Shown here piece after piece: positions 10,677 to 20,412 of a stretch of 38,671 nucleotides of DNA (the first letter of the stretch is position 1; every line of letters starts with the position of its first letter). Made by a program: the position numbers and the translations under genes. The notes below the pieces were generated by a model. That model was not told where the DNA came from. It saw nothing but the letters and a program-made list of their open reading frames with translations, and ran no database searches. Source of the DNA: Candidatus Thorarchaeota archaeon (GTDB lineage: Archaea > Asgardarchaeota > Thorarchaeia > Thorarchaeales > Thorarchaeaceae); NCBI GenBank assembly GCA_029858305.1, contig JAOUFI010000016.1:1-38671 (forward strand), read 5' to 3'.

Positions 10677-11774
10677 ATGCCACTCGAGAGTTGGAGACTT
10701 CTGGATATTGGAGCTATAGATCCCTTAGAAACGCAAATCATCTATGACATGATTGCTCAGGGAATCACAGAAGGTGAATCTGAAAACACTTTGATAATCT
10801 GCTGGCCAGCAAAGCCATTGGTCAGTCTCGGACATTTCCAAGAGGCAGAGGAAGATATAGACACAAAATTCTGCCGAGAAAACAACATTGTCTTTACACG
10901 ACGCGTGATCGGTGGGGGTGGCGTCTATCTTGATGATGGACAAATGTTCTATCAGCTTATCGGTAGAAAAGATAGTCCAACGACTCCAAAGAAAATTGAT
11001 GATTATTATCGAAAATTCCTACAGGCACCCGTTCAAGCATACAGAAATCTTGGTATTCAGGCAGAGTTCAAACCTGTGAACGATCTCATTGTTAATGGTA
11101 AGAAAATCTCAGGTAACGGCGCGGGTGATGTCGGTGATGCCCGAATTCTAACGGGTAACCTCATCTTTGACTTCAACTTTGACATGATGGTAAAAGTGCT
11201 GAAAGTTCCGGATGAAAAATTCAGGGATAAGATATCCAAGAGTCTACGTGAGCGTATGACAACTGTTCTTTTAGAAACTGGTTCAATGCCTGACCGAACT
11301 GAGGTCAAGGAGGACCTTGTTAGACTTTACGAAAAAACTTTGGATATCGAGCTAACTCGGAGAAATCTAACCAACTGGGAGAGAGAGAGGATGGCACAAC
11401 TCCGACCAAAATACCTCTCTGACGAATGGCTTCACTGGAGGGAGGGCGGTCGTCTCAAGGGTGCCAGGACTGTGAGAATATCAGCAACAACCATAGTTGG
11501 AACAGCCAATCATAAGGCACCAGGCGGCCTTATTAGAGCAACAATCGAGAGAGTGGATGGAAAGGTCAATGAAGTCGTAATCAGTGGTGACTTCTTCATG
11601 TTGCCCAACGAAGCCATATCGCAGCTCGAACGCAAGATTATCGGAGCATCCATCGAAGGAGATGCAATCATCGAGCGCATTAAGCATGCATACACAGAAT
11701 TCGATATTGAGTCCCCGGGTGTAACACCTGAGGACATCGAAACAGCGATACGGTTGGCTATCGGGAAGGACTGA
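10677..11774 (+). CDS. lplA: Lipoate-protein ligase A family protein with C-terminal domain
   Basis: RRVIGGGGVYLD, NDLIVNGKKISGNG and C-terminal ISGDFF. Start placed at ATG 10677. Confidence 0.88.
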   Translation: MPLESWRLLDIGAIDPLETQIIYDMIAQGITEGESENTLIICWPAKPLVSLGHFQEAEEDIDTKFCRENNIVFTRRVIGGGGVYLDDGQMFYQLIGRKDSPTTPKKIDDYYRKFLQAPVQAYRNLGIQAEFKPVNDLIVNGKKISGNGAGDVGDARILTGNLIFDFNFDMMVKVLKVPDEKFRDKISKSLRERMTTVLLETGSMPDRTEVKEDLVRLYEKTLDIELTRRNLTNWERERMAQLRPKYLSDEWLHWREGGRLKGARTVRISATTIVGTANHKAPGGLIRATIERVDGKVNEVVISGDFFMLPNEAISQLERKIIGASIEGDAIIERIKHAYTEFDIESPGVTPEDIETAIRLAIGKD

Positions 11775-11816
11775 TGTAGCGGATAACTTCATGTTACTGG
11801 GTGTCTAGGCATCATC

Positions 11817-12788
11817 ATGCATGTTCGACAATATCAGGCTGGAGATGAAACAGCTCTAGCGACTATCCACAACAAGGCATTTCAGCACCTAATTCACCGA
11901 CTCCCAGAAATATACCAGTTACGGAATGTTGGTTCTGAAGATGTACAAGACTGGCTCAAACAAGGATCGAACATGTTATGGATCATTGAATCAACAGACC
12001 AGATTATCGGTTATGCTCAAATTCGGATTGAAGTTGAACATGGTAAACGAGACGTGTCAGTCCTTCAATTTATGCCAGCTCAAAAGTGGGATCTGGCTCA
12101 GACGAATATAGCTATACTACCAGAATATCAAAAGAGAGGAATTGGCACATTACTTGTTGAGGAGATATTAGAAAAATACAGGGGGACTGCTGAGCTAGCT
12201 AGTGCTCACACATTTAGTGATAATATCGCAGGGGAGAGATTCTTCTCAAGTCTAGGCTTTACTATGCATGATGCGTTTTATTATCCTCCATTCTCAGACA
12301 AATACCCAATCGCTAACAGCAGTATCTATGAAACCCTTGAATTCGAGCACCTTACGGCTCCAAGAAACCTCAATCCGAATGTAACAATCAGACGGGCTAC
12401 AGTAGATGACGCGGCAGTGGTTGCAGAGATTCATGAACAAAATGTTTGGTGGTGTGATGAATGTAACTCTCTTGAATGGAGTATACGTTTTATCAAGGGA
12501 AAATATGGACATACCGTCTTTGTTGCTGAGATTGATGCAGAAGTTGCAGGGTCGATCGATTACTATAGAGATGGTCGCATTGGGATTTCAGGTGTATTGC
12601 CAGAGTATAAGAGAAGAGGAATCGGAAGTACTATGTTCTATAAGATCATGAAGGTCATGAAGAAGGCAGGCTTCAAATCAGCTTTTGTCGATTCAGGACT
12701 TACTCAGAGTGAGGCTATCGGAATGTACGCAGAGTTTGGTTTCACAATTCAACGAAGGCAGAATGCGTGGATTAAGAAACTCATGTGA
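11817..12788 (+). CDS. Tandem (two-domain) GNAT acetyltransferase
   Basis: Two acetyl-CoA motif A copies: ILPEYQKRGIG and VLPEYKRRGIG. Confidence 0.88.
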   Translation: MHVRQYQAGDETALATIHNKAFQHLIHRLPEIYQLRNVGSEDVQDWLKQGSNMLWIIESTDQIIGYAQIRIEVEHGKRDVSVLQFMPAQKWDLAQTNIAILPEYQKRGIGTLLVEEILEKYRGTAELASAHTFSDNIAGERFFSSLGFTMHDAFYYPPFSDKYPIANSSIYETLEFEHLTAPRNLNPNVTIRRATVDDAAVVAEIHEQNVWWCDECNSLEWSIRFIKGKYGHTVFVAEIDAEVAGSIDYYRDGRIGISGVLPEYKRRGIGSTMFYKIMKVMKKAGFKSAFVDSGLTQSEAIGMYAEFGFTIQRRQNAWIKKLM

Positions 12789-12799
12789 GGAGATTATGA

Positions 12800-13876
12800 T
12801 TGACTGGACATCCATTTCGTGTGAGAGCACCCGGGAGAGTCTGCCTCTTTGGTGAGCACAGTGACTATCTGGGATTGGATGTAATCGCAGCTGCAATCGA
12901 CATGGAGATAGAGATTACAGCTGAACCAAGAACTGACAGTGAAGTCCACATCATCTATAGCGATTTAGGAGAAGAAGATACATTCACTCTAGAGTCAGAA
13001 ATTGCCTATAGAAACCATCGAGACTACATCAGAAGTGCTTTCAATGTCATGGCACGAAAAGGCTTTCAGCCGCTCCATGGATGGAATCTTCAGATCAAGG
13101 GGACTATCCCTATTGCTGCAGGTCTCTCAAGCTCATCAGCTCTGACCGTGGGAGCAGTTATGGCAATTGCCAAGATGTCAGGAAGAAAAATAGCTGAAGG
13201 AGATACTGCACTGACAGCCTATGATGCAGAGGTTCGCGAATTTGGTGAGAGCGGCGGGATGATGGACCACTACGCATCAGTCTATGGTGGAATCATTCAT
13301 GTCGACATGGAAAAAGGACATGTCACGAAACTCCCGGCGAAACTGGGCTCTCTTGTTATCGGAGATTCGGGAGAGAAAAAGAGGGATACTGTGGGCGACC
13401 TTCGATTCATCAGAACCTCAGTAGAGAGAGAATACCAGGTTATTTCAGAGAGAATAGGCTCTTTCAATAGAAGAACCACATCATTGGACGAGGTCGCTGC
13501 TATACGCAACAGGAAATCAGCTACGGAGTTAGGAATGGCTGAAGCAACCCTGCGTAACAGAGACCTTACGAGTAGAGCTCTTGATCTTCTCAGTAGCGAG
13601 AATCCTAACCCAAAGGAGATTGGTCTGTTGCTGAATGCGCATCATGAGGTTCTTAGAGATGAACTTGATAGATCAACTCCGAAGATAGAGCGGATGATTG
13701 CGGCTGCGCGCGAGGTTGGTGCCCTAGGATGCAAGATAAATGGCAGTGGAGGAGGAGGAACCATGATGGCTTACTGCCCTGAGAGAGAAAGAGAGGTTGT
13801 GAGAGCAATCAAAGATGAGGGCGGAAAGGCATACATTGCGAAAGTAGGATCTGGAGTCACAATAACAAGAGAATAA
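12800..13876 (+). CDS. GHMP kinase, galactokinase-like
   Basis: APGRVCLFGEHSDY, PIAAGLSSSSA and KINGSGGGG motifs. TTG start after GAGGAG. Confidence 0.85.
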   Translation: MTGHPFRVRAPGRVCLFGEHSDYLGLDVIAAAIDMEIEITAEPRTDSEVHIIYSDLGEEDTFTLESEIAYRNHRDYIRSAFNVMARKGFQPLHGWNLQIKGTIPIAAGLSSSSALTVGAVMAIAKMSGRKIAEGDTALTAYDAEVREFGESGGMMDHYASVYGGIIHVDMEKGHVTKLPAKLGSLVIGDSGEKKRDTVGDLRFIRTSVEREYQVISERIGSFNRRTTSLDEVAAIRNRKSATELGMAEATLRNRDLTSRALDLLSSENPNPKEIGLLLNAHHEVLRDELDRSTPKIERMIAAAREVGALGCKINGSGGGGTMMAYCPEREREVVRAIKDEGGKAYIAKVGSGVTITRE

Positions 13877-13950
13877 ACTCACTCATCTCGCTAAGCGTAA
13901 TTATTGCTGTTGTCTAATTCTTCTAATATACTCGAGAATTGGTATTTCAT

Positions 13951-14643
13951 ATGAAGAATGAAGATAGTTTGAAGATATTGCTAGGATTATTAATAGTCAC
14001 AATTATTCTCTTTGCTCAGACCGCAGGTGTGTCAGCCATCAATGATCAAGGTCTTGTGTGGGGAATCGAAGTAGGTAATCGGTTTGACTATAACATCAAG
14101 TTGGAATATCATAGTTCAACAATGGATGTATCAATAGATGACAAAATGTATGTTATCGTCGATGAATTGAATACTATCCCAGATTATGTCACTCAATTAT
14201 CAGACCTAACAATATTTAGCCTAGCCTTAGAGAGCTACACAACTTACTGGGAAAATGGTACAATAATGGATGACTTATGGTTTGATGTCTTGGATGTAGC
14301 GAATCCATTCTCAGCATATCCAGTTGGAAACTGGAGCTTGTTGGCTCAGATATTCGAAGATGCCTCTCCTGTAGTTATAACTCAGAATACAACTATGATG
14401 AATTGCTCGTTGGTAGATTTTCCTGTTGTAGGAAATGTGCATGAAACAATCTTTCTGAAAAGTAGTGGAGTTCCTCATTCGATACTCTATATTAGAACAT
14501 GGGATTCAGGAGCAAATATTCACTTAAATCTAACAATGATACAAACACCAACAGGAACAGTTGATATCATTCTCGCACTTGTTATAGGCGGAGTAGTACT
14601 GGTAACAGTTGTTGCTGTAGTAGTCATTATTCGTCGAAAATAG
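13951..14643 (+). CDS. Secreted protein with C-terminal membrane anchor, function unknown
   Basis: N-terminal signal-peptide-like stretch, acidic ectodomain, and C-terminal TM helix followed by RRK. Confidence 0.75.
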   Translation: MKNEDSLKILLGLLIVTIILFAQTAGVSAINDQGLVWGIEVGNRFDYNIKLEYHSSTMDVSIDDKMYVIVDELNTIPDYVTQLSDLTIFSLALESYTTYWENGTIMDDLWFDVLDVANPFSAYPVGNWSLLAQIFEDASPVVITQNTTMMNCSLVDFPVVGNVHETIFLKSSGVPHSILYIRTWDSGANIHLNLTMIQTPTGTVDIILALVIGGVVLVTVVAVVVIIRRK

Positions 14644-14722
14644 AAAAGAGTAATGGCCTTTTGTTGTTGGCTTATATGACCAACATCGTCAGGGGTATCG
14701 AATGGAGTGTCTAGCGGATTAT

Positions 14723-16285
14723 CTATTTCATTTCAGCTAGTTCTTTCATTCGTGTTTCCACTATCTCGAGAATTTCTTCCTTGAGTTTACGACCTTCAGT
14801 GAGAATCTTCTCGATTTCTTTTGCAGTCTTGTCTACAAAGCTCTTGTTCTTGATGTTACCAAGATTGATTCGCACATTGAGTGCTGCACCTTCAATAGCG
14901 GCCATTAAGGCATGGGATGCAACACCAGCATCTGTAATGGTGTTGATGTTTCCATTTTGAGCCATGAATTTTGCATGTTCAAGTGCATTAAAGGAATGCT
15001 TCATGGTCGCCAAGGGCATCTCGGCTGCATGGATAGTGGCTTTCTCGGTTGCTTCCGCCTTTGTTTTCTTATCGGCGGCAGTTTCATCAGGCATCCTGAA
15101 TGTTTCCATCACTACATCAAAAGCAGCTGAGTCTTTCTCGATGAGATCCATAAGGAGACCCCGATCGTATTCACAAGCATGGCGGTGTTCTATCATCTCA
15201 TCCTTGATACCAGCGAATTTTCTTCCTGAGAGTGAAAGACCAGCGACCATGCATACCAGTCCGGCTCCAAAAGAACCCATTGCCGCAGCAACACTACCAC
15301 CACCGGGAGTTGCACGAGCTCGTCGAACTTCATTTCCAAATTCAATCATTGACATCTCGGTGAATGTTTTCTTTGTGGGGTCTTGTGCTCCCCCAAGGTA
15401 GTAGAGGTCTAGAATCATTGACTCCTCTAGCTTCTCGGGTTGGAGATAATACTTGAGAGCATCAAGAAGAGCAAAGAGTGGCACCATTCCAATAATCTCG
15501 GTTTCTATGACTGTTGCACCAAACCTGCGCGCTTCGTTCTTCACAACCTCAAACACTTGGTGAATCTTAGTGCGTCGAGGATGTGTGAGATTGAGTGAAA
15601 CCTGAACGCAATTCTTAGCAGGAAGATCAAGTCCTATACCTTGAACGTTGACAAAGCCACCAGTAGTTCCTCGTACCGCATCTGCACAAGCCTTTGCAAC
15701 AGCAACATTAGTTGTATTCAGGTTGAAATTGATTGCAATGAGAAAGTTTCGAGAACCTGTGGCTGTCGCACCTGCGGTTGGATGAATCTTATTTGGACCA
15801 TAGTCAGGAGTCTTTTCAGGATCGGTGCCAATCAGGTCTCTGAGGCCCTCAAATTCTCCCTCACGAATATTTGGCAAATCGACTCTGTCTTTTCTTGTAG
15901 CAGCCTTGGAATATAGATAGACTGGTACATTATGTTTCTTGGAGAACTCATCAGCAAACTCCTTCGAGAGCTCGATACACTCGCCTACTGTGGTACCATG
16001 GAGTGGAATGAAGGGAACAACATCGACTGCACCCATTCGAGGGTGTGCACCTTTGTGCTTCGTCAAATCGATTTTCTCCACCGCTACATCAGCAGCCTTC
16101 AGAGCAGCTATTTTCACGTCCTGAGGTTCACCAATGAATGTGAATACAGAACGGTTATGATCTGGGTCAAACTCAATGTCGAGAAGTCGAACTGATTCCA
16201 CACTCTTGATTGCATCAGCAATTGCATCAATGACTTCCTTTCTACGGCCTTCAGAGAAGTTGGGTACACACTCAACGACTTTCAA
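14723..16285 (-). CDS. ftcd: Fused glutamate formiminotransferase / formiminotetrahydrofolate cyclodeaminase
   Basis: N-domain ECVPNFSEGR, DPDHNRSV, HPRMGAVDV; C-domain TPGGGSVAA, NVRINL. TTG start 16285 after GGTGA. Confidence 0.93.
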   Translation of the reverse strand: MKVVECVPNFSEGRRKEVIDAIADAIKSVESVRLLDIEFDPDHNRSVFTFIGEPQDVKIAALKAADVAVEKIDLTKHKGAHPRMGAVDVVPFIPLHGTTVGECIELSKEFADEFSKKHNVPVYLYSKAATRKDRVDLPNIREGEFEGLRDLIGTDPEKTPDYGPNKIHPTAGATATGSRNFLIAINFNLNTTNVAVAKACADAVRGTTGGFVNVQGIGLDLPAKNCVQVSLNLTHPRRTKIHQVFEVVKNEARRFGATVIETEIIGMVPLFALLDALKYYLQPEKLEESMILDLYYLGGAQDPTKKTFTEMSMIEFGNEVRRARATPGGGSVAAAMGSFGAGLVCMVAGLSLSGRKFAGIKDEMIEHRHACEYDRGLLMDLIEKDSAAFDVVMETFRMPDETAADKKTKAEATEKATIHAAEMPLATMKHSFNALEHAKFMAQNGNINTITDAGVASHALMAAIEGAALNVRINLGNIKNKSFVDKTAKEIEKILTEGRKLKEEILEIVETRMKELAEMK

Positions 16286-16357
16286 ACGATTCACCGAGGA
16301 CCGTTCGAACCTATGACATAGAAAAGCGTTTGGGCATGCGCTCAAAGACAATGAAAA

Positions 16358-17242
16358 TCACTTAGTCACTTGAGCAACATATGCATCCAGCACATTTCGA
16401 AGGAGCAAGGTGATAGTCATAGGACCGACTCCTCCTGGAACAGGAGTGATACATTTTGCCTTCTCCTTCACATTCTCAAAGTCAACATCGCCATACGGAG
16501 TCGCAACATCAATAACCACAGCATCATCCTTTATCATATCCGCAGTGATGAAGAATGAATCTTCCTTACTCTTTCTGCGACCAATTGCTGTTATCAGAAC
16601 GTCAGCCTGCCTTGTAAAGCTTGCAAGATCAGCAGTTCGTGAGTGACAGACGGTTACAGTAGCATTTCTGTTCAAGAGCAAAAAGATGAGTGGTTTTCCA
16701 ACAATCGTTGATCGATTGATGACGACCACATGCTTTCCTGAGAGGTCATTCATCCCGAGATTGTCCAATATTGTGACTATACCATGAGGTGTGGCGGAAC
16801 TAAGCTCTTCACCACCATAAAAGAGATGATAGATATTCGCCGGAGAGAATCCATCCACATCCTTTAGGGGAGCAATTGCACTAATAATGGTCTTTTCGTC
16901 GATGTGGGGAGGAAGAGGTAATTGGACGAGAATCCCATGGACTGCCTTGTCCTTATTGAGACGATCAAGCAGCTTCAGTAATTCATCCTGAGTTGTTGTT
17001 ACAGGAAGATCATAATTGTCAGAGAGGATTCCGGCATCGCTTGAGGCTTTGCGCTTCATTCGAACATACATCTGGGAACCCTCGTCCTCCCCAACAATTA
17101 TTGTGACAAGTTTGGGGGCGATGCCATGCTTAGCAACGAGTTGTTCCACTTCCATTTTGACTTGGGTACGAAGGCGCTTTGAGAGCCTTTTTCCCATTAT
17201 AACGTGGTCCTCGCAGATTGGTCTTTCCTCATCTTCCGACAT
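16358..17242 (-). CDS. folD: Methylene-THF dehydrogenase / methenyl-THF cyclohydrolase
   Basis: YVRMK, GILVQLPLP, KDVDG, ATVTVCHSRT and TPVPGGVGPMT motifs. Confidence 0.95.
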   Translation of the reverse strand: MSEDEERPICEDHVIMGKRLSKRLRTQVKMEVEQLVAKHGIAPKLVTIIVGEDEGSQMYVRMKRKASSDAGILSDNYDLPVTTTQDELLKLLDRLNKDKAVHGILVQLPLPPHIDEKTIISAIAPLKDVDGFSPANIYHLFYGGEELSSATPHGIVTILDNLGMNDLSGKHVVVINRSTIVGKPLIFLLLNRNATVTVCHSRTADLASFTRQADVLITAIGRRKSKEDSFFITADMIKDDAVVIDVATPYGDVDFENVKEKAKCITPVPGGVGPMTITLLLRNVLDAYVAQVTK

Positions 17243-17254
17243 TGAAATCACCTT

Positions 17255-18856
17255 TTAGAATACTCCACTGATGTTGCCGTCATCATCAACATCCATCTGT
17301 TCTGCTGCTGGGAATTCTGGAAGGCCAGGCATGAGACTGATGTCGCCCATATAAATTACAACAAACCCAGCACCGTTGCTCACATCAGCACCTACGACTT
17401 CCACATTAAAACCGCATGGTTTCCCTAGTAGTCCCTTGTTGTCAGACAGGCTAAACTGAGTTTTGGCAATGCAAATTGGCAGATTTCCATAGCCTCGTTT
17501 CTCAAGGGAACTGATGCGACCTCGCGCGCCTGTAGTGTAGTCAACATCGCGCGCACCATAGATTTGTTGAGCCACTTTCAAAATCTTAGTCTTGATTGGG
17601 TCATCTAGATCATAGGTGTACTTTATTGGTGCAGCTGGTTGTGATTGTATAATTTCGACCACAGTTCTTGCCAGATCTTTGCCACCCTCGCTCCCTTTGG
17701 CATAGACTTCCGACACTTCAACCTTGACATCACTCATGGAACAATGCTTCCGGATGAGTTCAATCTCTTCATCAGTATCGTCTGGAAATCTATTGACAGC
17801 GACCACCACTGGAACTCCAAAATTACGCATATTTTCAACATGCTTCTCAAGATTTGGAAAGCCTTGTTCAAGAACATCATTCCCATGAGTCTTGAGTGCC
17901 CGAATTGTTGTGATGATGACACAGGCATCTACCTTCAGGTCGCCTGTTCTAGCCGCGATATTGAAGAATTTCTCAGCGCCAAGGTCGGCTCCAAATCCAG
18001 CCTCAATGACAACATAGTCAAAGAGCCGAAGAGCAAGATCAGTCGCAATGATAGAGCTAGTGCCGTGCGCAATATTTGCAAAGGGCCCTGTGTGCATTAG
18101 TGCTGGCGTTCCCTCCATGGTCTGAATAAGGTTAGGTTTCAAAGCATCACGAAGAAGGACTGTCATTGCTCCATTAGCCTTCACGTCCTTTGCATACATC
18201 TCTTTCAACTGTTCAGACCTAGCTATCAGGATGTTACCCAACCGCTCCTTTAATTCATGATAATTCATTGATAGACCTAGGATAGCCATCACCTCTGAGG
18301 CAGAGGTTATTATGAAAGTGTCTTCTCGTGGCATTCCATCATATCTACCGCCAAGACCCACAATGACTTTTCTCAGTGCGCGATCGTTCATGTCAACATT
18401 TCTTGGCCAATAGGTTCGTCGAATGTCAATCTCGGGTTGATGGTCAAATTGAACATAATTATCAATCATTGCAGAGAGGAGGTTGTGAGCTGCAGCCACT
18501 GCAGGAAAATCACCAGTGAGAAAGAGGTTAACCTGTTCAAATGGTTCAAGCCGAGATTTACCTCCACCTGCTGCACCACCCTTAACACCAAATACAGGAC
18601 CCAAGGACGGTTGGCGGAGTGTCACTACAGCATTATGACCCAAGGCATTCAGAGCCATCGATAAACCAATGGAATTGGTTGTCTTACCCTCCCCTGCTGG
18701 TGTAGGATTTGTAGCAGTGACTAGGATTAATTTTCCTTTTCGAGGCCCAAGATTCTTACGAATATCGAGGTTAATCTTAGCCATATACTTGCCATAAAGT
18801 TCCAAGAACTTCTTGTCAATACCAGCCTTCTTTGCCACATCAGTGATTGGAATCAT
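17255..18856 (-). CDS. fhs: Formate-tetrahydrofolate ligase
   Basis: PTPAGEGKTT, GVKGGAAGGG, GPFANIAHG, EAGFGADLGAEKF and ICIAKTQFS motifs. Start placed at ATG 18856. Confidence 0.95.
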   Translation of the reverse strand: MIPITDVAKKAGIDKKFLELYGKYMAKINLDIRKNLGPRKGKLILVTATNPTPAGEGKTTNSIGLSMALNALGHNAVVTLRQPSLGPVFGVKGGAAGGGKSRLEPFEQVNLFLTGDFPAVAAAHNLLSAMIDNYVQFDHQPEIDIRRTYWPRNVDMNDRALRKVIVGLGGRYDGMPREDTFIITSASEVMAILGLSMNYHELKERLGNILIARSEQLKEMYAKDVKANGAMTVLLRDALKPNLIQTMEGTPALMHTGPFANIAHGTSSIIATDLALRLFDYVVIEAGFGADLGAEKFFNIAARTGDLKVDACVIITTIRALKTHGNDVLEQGFPNLEKHVENMRNFGVPVVVAVNRFPDDTDEEIELIRKHCSMSDVKVEVSEVYAKGSEGGKDLARTVVEIIQSQPAAPIKYTYDLDDPIKTKILKVAQQIYGARDVDYTTGARGRISSLEKRGYGNLPICIAKTQFSLSDNKGLLGKPCGFNVEVVGADVSNGAGFVVIYMGDISLMPGLPEFPAAEQMDVDDDGNISGVF

Positions 18857-18903
18857 TCTAATCAGACCCAGCCTATTAGCATCTATGGTTTTTTTCGATG
18901 TTA

Positions 18904-18916
18904 TTATCACTGATAA
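18904..18916. promoter_or_regulatory. Palindrome TTATCA-C-TGATAA, candidate operator in the fhs / RLP divergent region
   Basis: Perfect 6-1-6 inverted repeat about 50 nt upstream of the fhs start. Confidence 0.3.
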
Positions 18917-19055
18917 AATAAGCTCTCTGGCAAGCAACTCCATGTCACATGCTAAACAGAGCTATTCTTTGCTTTTCAGTTAGGATTGTGTTGTCTGTAA
19001 TTCTCTGCAAAAGAACATAAGACGGGGTGTCCATGTAGTAGACCGGTTGATTGTC

Positions 19056-20369
19056 ATGGATAAACTCCCACTTGACGCATTACCTGACGCCCTCCCTGAT
19101 GCAATTGACGAGGAAAAGTACGTCATTGGCACGTACTATGTTGGTCTTCCCCCGTTTCTAGATGCACGAGAGATGGCTTGGGCTGCAGCAGTTGAACAGA
19201 GTACTGGAACATGGACTCTTGTCCCTGGAGAAACCCCAGAGATTCGAAGAAGGCATGTTGCAAAGGTCATTGGAGTGTATGAAGTTCCACAGCATGAGTA
19301 TAGTATCCCCAAGGACCTAGAAAGACGAGAATATATCATGCAAGTTGCCTTCCCTTGGGAGAACTTCGGTCAACAGATTCCGATGCTTCTCAGTACTGTG
19401 ATTGGTAACATCTCCCTCTATGGGAGAATCAAATGCTTGGACATGAAGTTTCCCAAGAGCTGGCTAAAGGGATTCAAAGGGCCAAAGTTTGGCATCTCTG
19501 GTCTTAGGAAACTATTGAAAATAAAGAAAAGACCCCTTCTGAACAACATGATCAAACCATGTGTCTACACATCTTGCCAGATGGGGGCGGACCTAGCCTT
19601 TGAGGCTGCTGTAGGCGGAGCAGACATTATCAAGGATGATGAACTCCTAGCGAACCCGGAATTCAATACTCTAGAAGACAGAATTCCACGTTTTATGGAA
19701 GCACTAGACCGTGCAGACTCAGAGAAGGGAGAGAAGACCATCTATACGGTCAACATCACTGACAAACTGCCAAGAATGTTCGAAAATGCTGAAAGAGCAG
19801 TCGAGCTGGGAGCAAATGGTCTAATGATTAATTTCCTTGCAGTGGGATACTCCGCTTTCCAACACGTCTGTGAGAACCTGTCACCCAAAGTTCCAGTTCT
19901 TGCACACATGGATGTAACTGGAGCAATGTCATATTCACCCATTGTGGGTATTGCTTCAAACCTAGTGACCGGCAAACTGCCAAGAATCTGCGGGTCTGAC
20001 ATCACCGTGTTTCCAGCTCCATATGGAAAAGCTCCGATTCTCAAGGAGAGGTTCCTCAATATCGCTCATGATATGATCATGCCACTTCACAACATCGAAC
20101 AAACAGCTCCGATGCCGAGTGGCGGAATTAGCCCAGGACACGTTGAGGAGGTCATGAACGACCTAGGTCCAGATATAGTAATAGGAACCGGTGCGGGTAT
20201 CCACGCGCATCCAAAGGGTCCACGTGCAGGAGCTATTGCATTCAGACAAGCTATCGAAGCAAAAATGCAGGATATTCCTGTAAGCAGGTATGCAAAAGAA
20301 GAAGGTCATGAAGAGCTCAAAATTGCCATGGAATCGTGGGGCACAGGAAAAACAGGAGCCGATCTCTAA
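19056..20369 (+). CDS. RuBisCO-like protein (form IV RLP)
   Basis: EQSTGTW, IGN, IKP, GADIIKDDE, YGK, PSGG and HP motifs. Positions equivalent to K177, R295 and H327 are not conserved. Confidence 0.9.
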   Translation: MDKLPLDALPDALPDAIDEEKYVIGTYYVGLPPFLDAREMAWAAAVEQSTGTWTLVPGETPEIRRRHVAKVIGVYEVPQHEYSIPKDLERREYIMQVAFPWENFGQQIPMLLSTVIGNISLYGRIKCLDMKFPKSWLKGFKGPKFGISGLRKLLKIKKRPLLNNMIKPCVYTSCQMGADLAFEAAVGGADIIKDDELLANPEFNTLEDRIPRFMEALDRADSEKGEKTIYTVNITDKLPRMFENAERAVELGANGLMINFLAVGYSAFQHVCENLSPKVPVLAHMDVTGAMSYSPIVGIASNLVTGKLPRICGSDITVFPAPYGKAPILKERFLNIAHDMIMPLHNIEQTAPMPSGGISPGHVEEVMNDLGPDIVIGTGAGIHAHPKGPRAGAIAFRQAIEAKMQDIPVSRYAKEEGHEELKIAMESWGTGKTGADL

Positions 20370-20412
20370 GAAAAGCGCCTAAAAATGAGAATCTGTTAAA
20401 CGTGATGTTAGA

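Noticed and set aside
11817-12788. Mycothiol synthase MshD assignment linking to the thiol genes
   Set aside because: Tandem GNAT architecture is common, the gene is 25 kb from bshA/B, and I see no MshD-specific evidence.
18857-19055. THF or ZTP riboswitch upstream of fhs
   Set aside because: Only scattered short resemblances (gcagag, ggagttgc); I could not find the conserved core, and the fhs transcript looks near-leaderless.
19056-20369. Bona fide form III RuBisCO / CO2 fixation
   Set aside because: K177, R295 and H327 equivalents are substituted, and no AMP phosphorylase or ribose-bisphosphate isomerase genes are adjacent.
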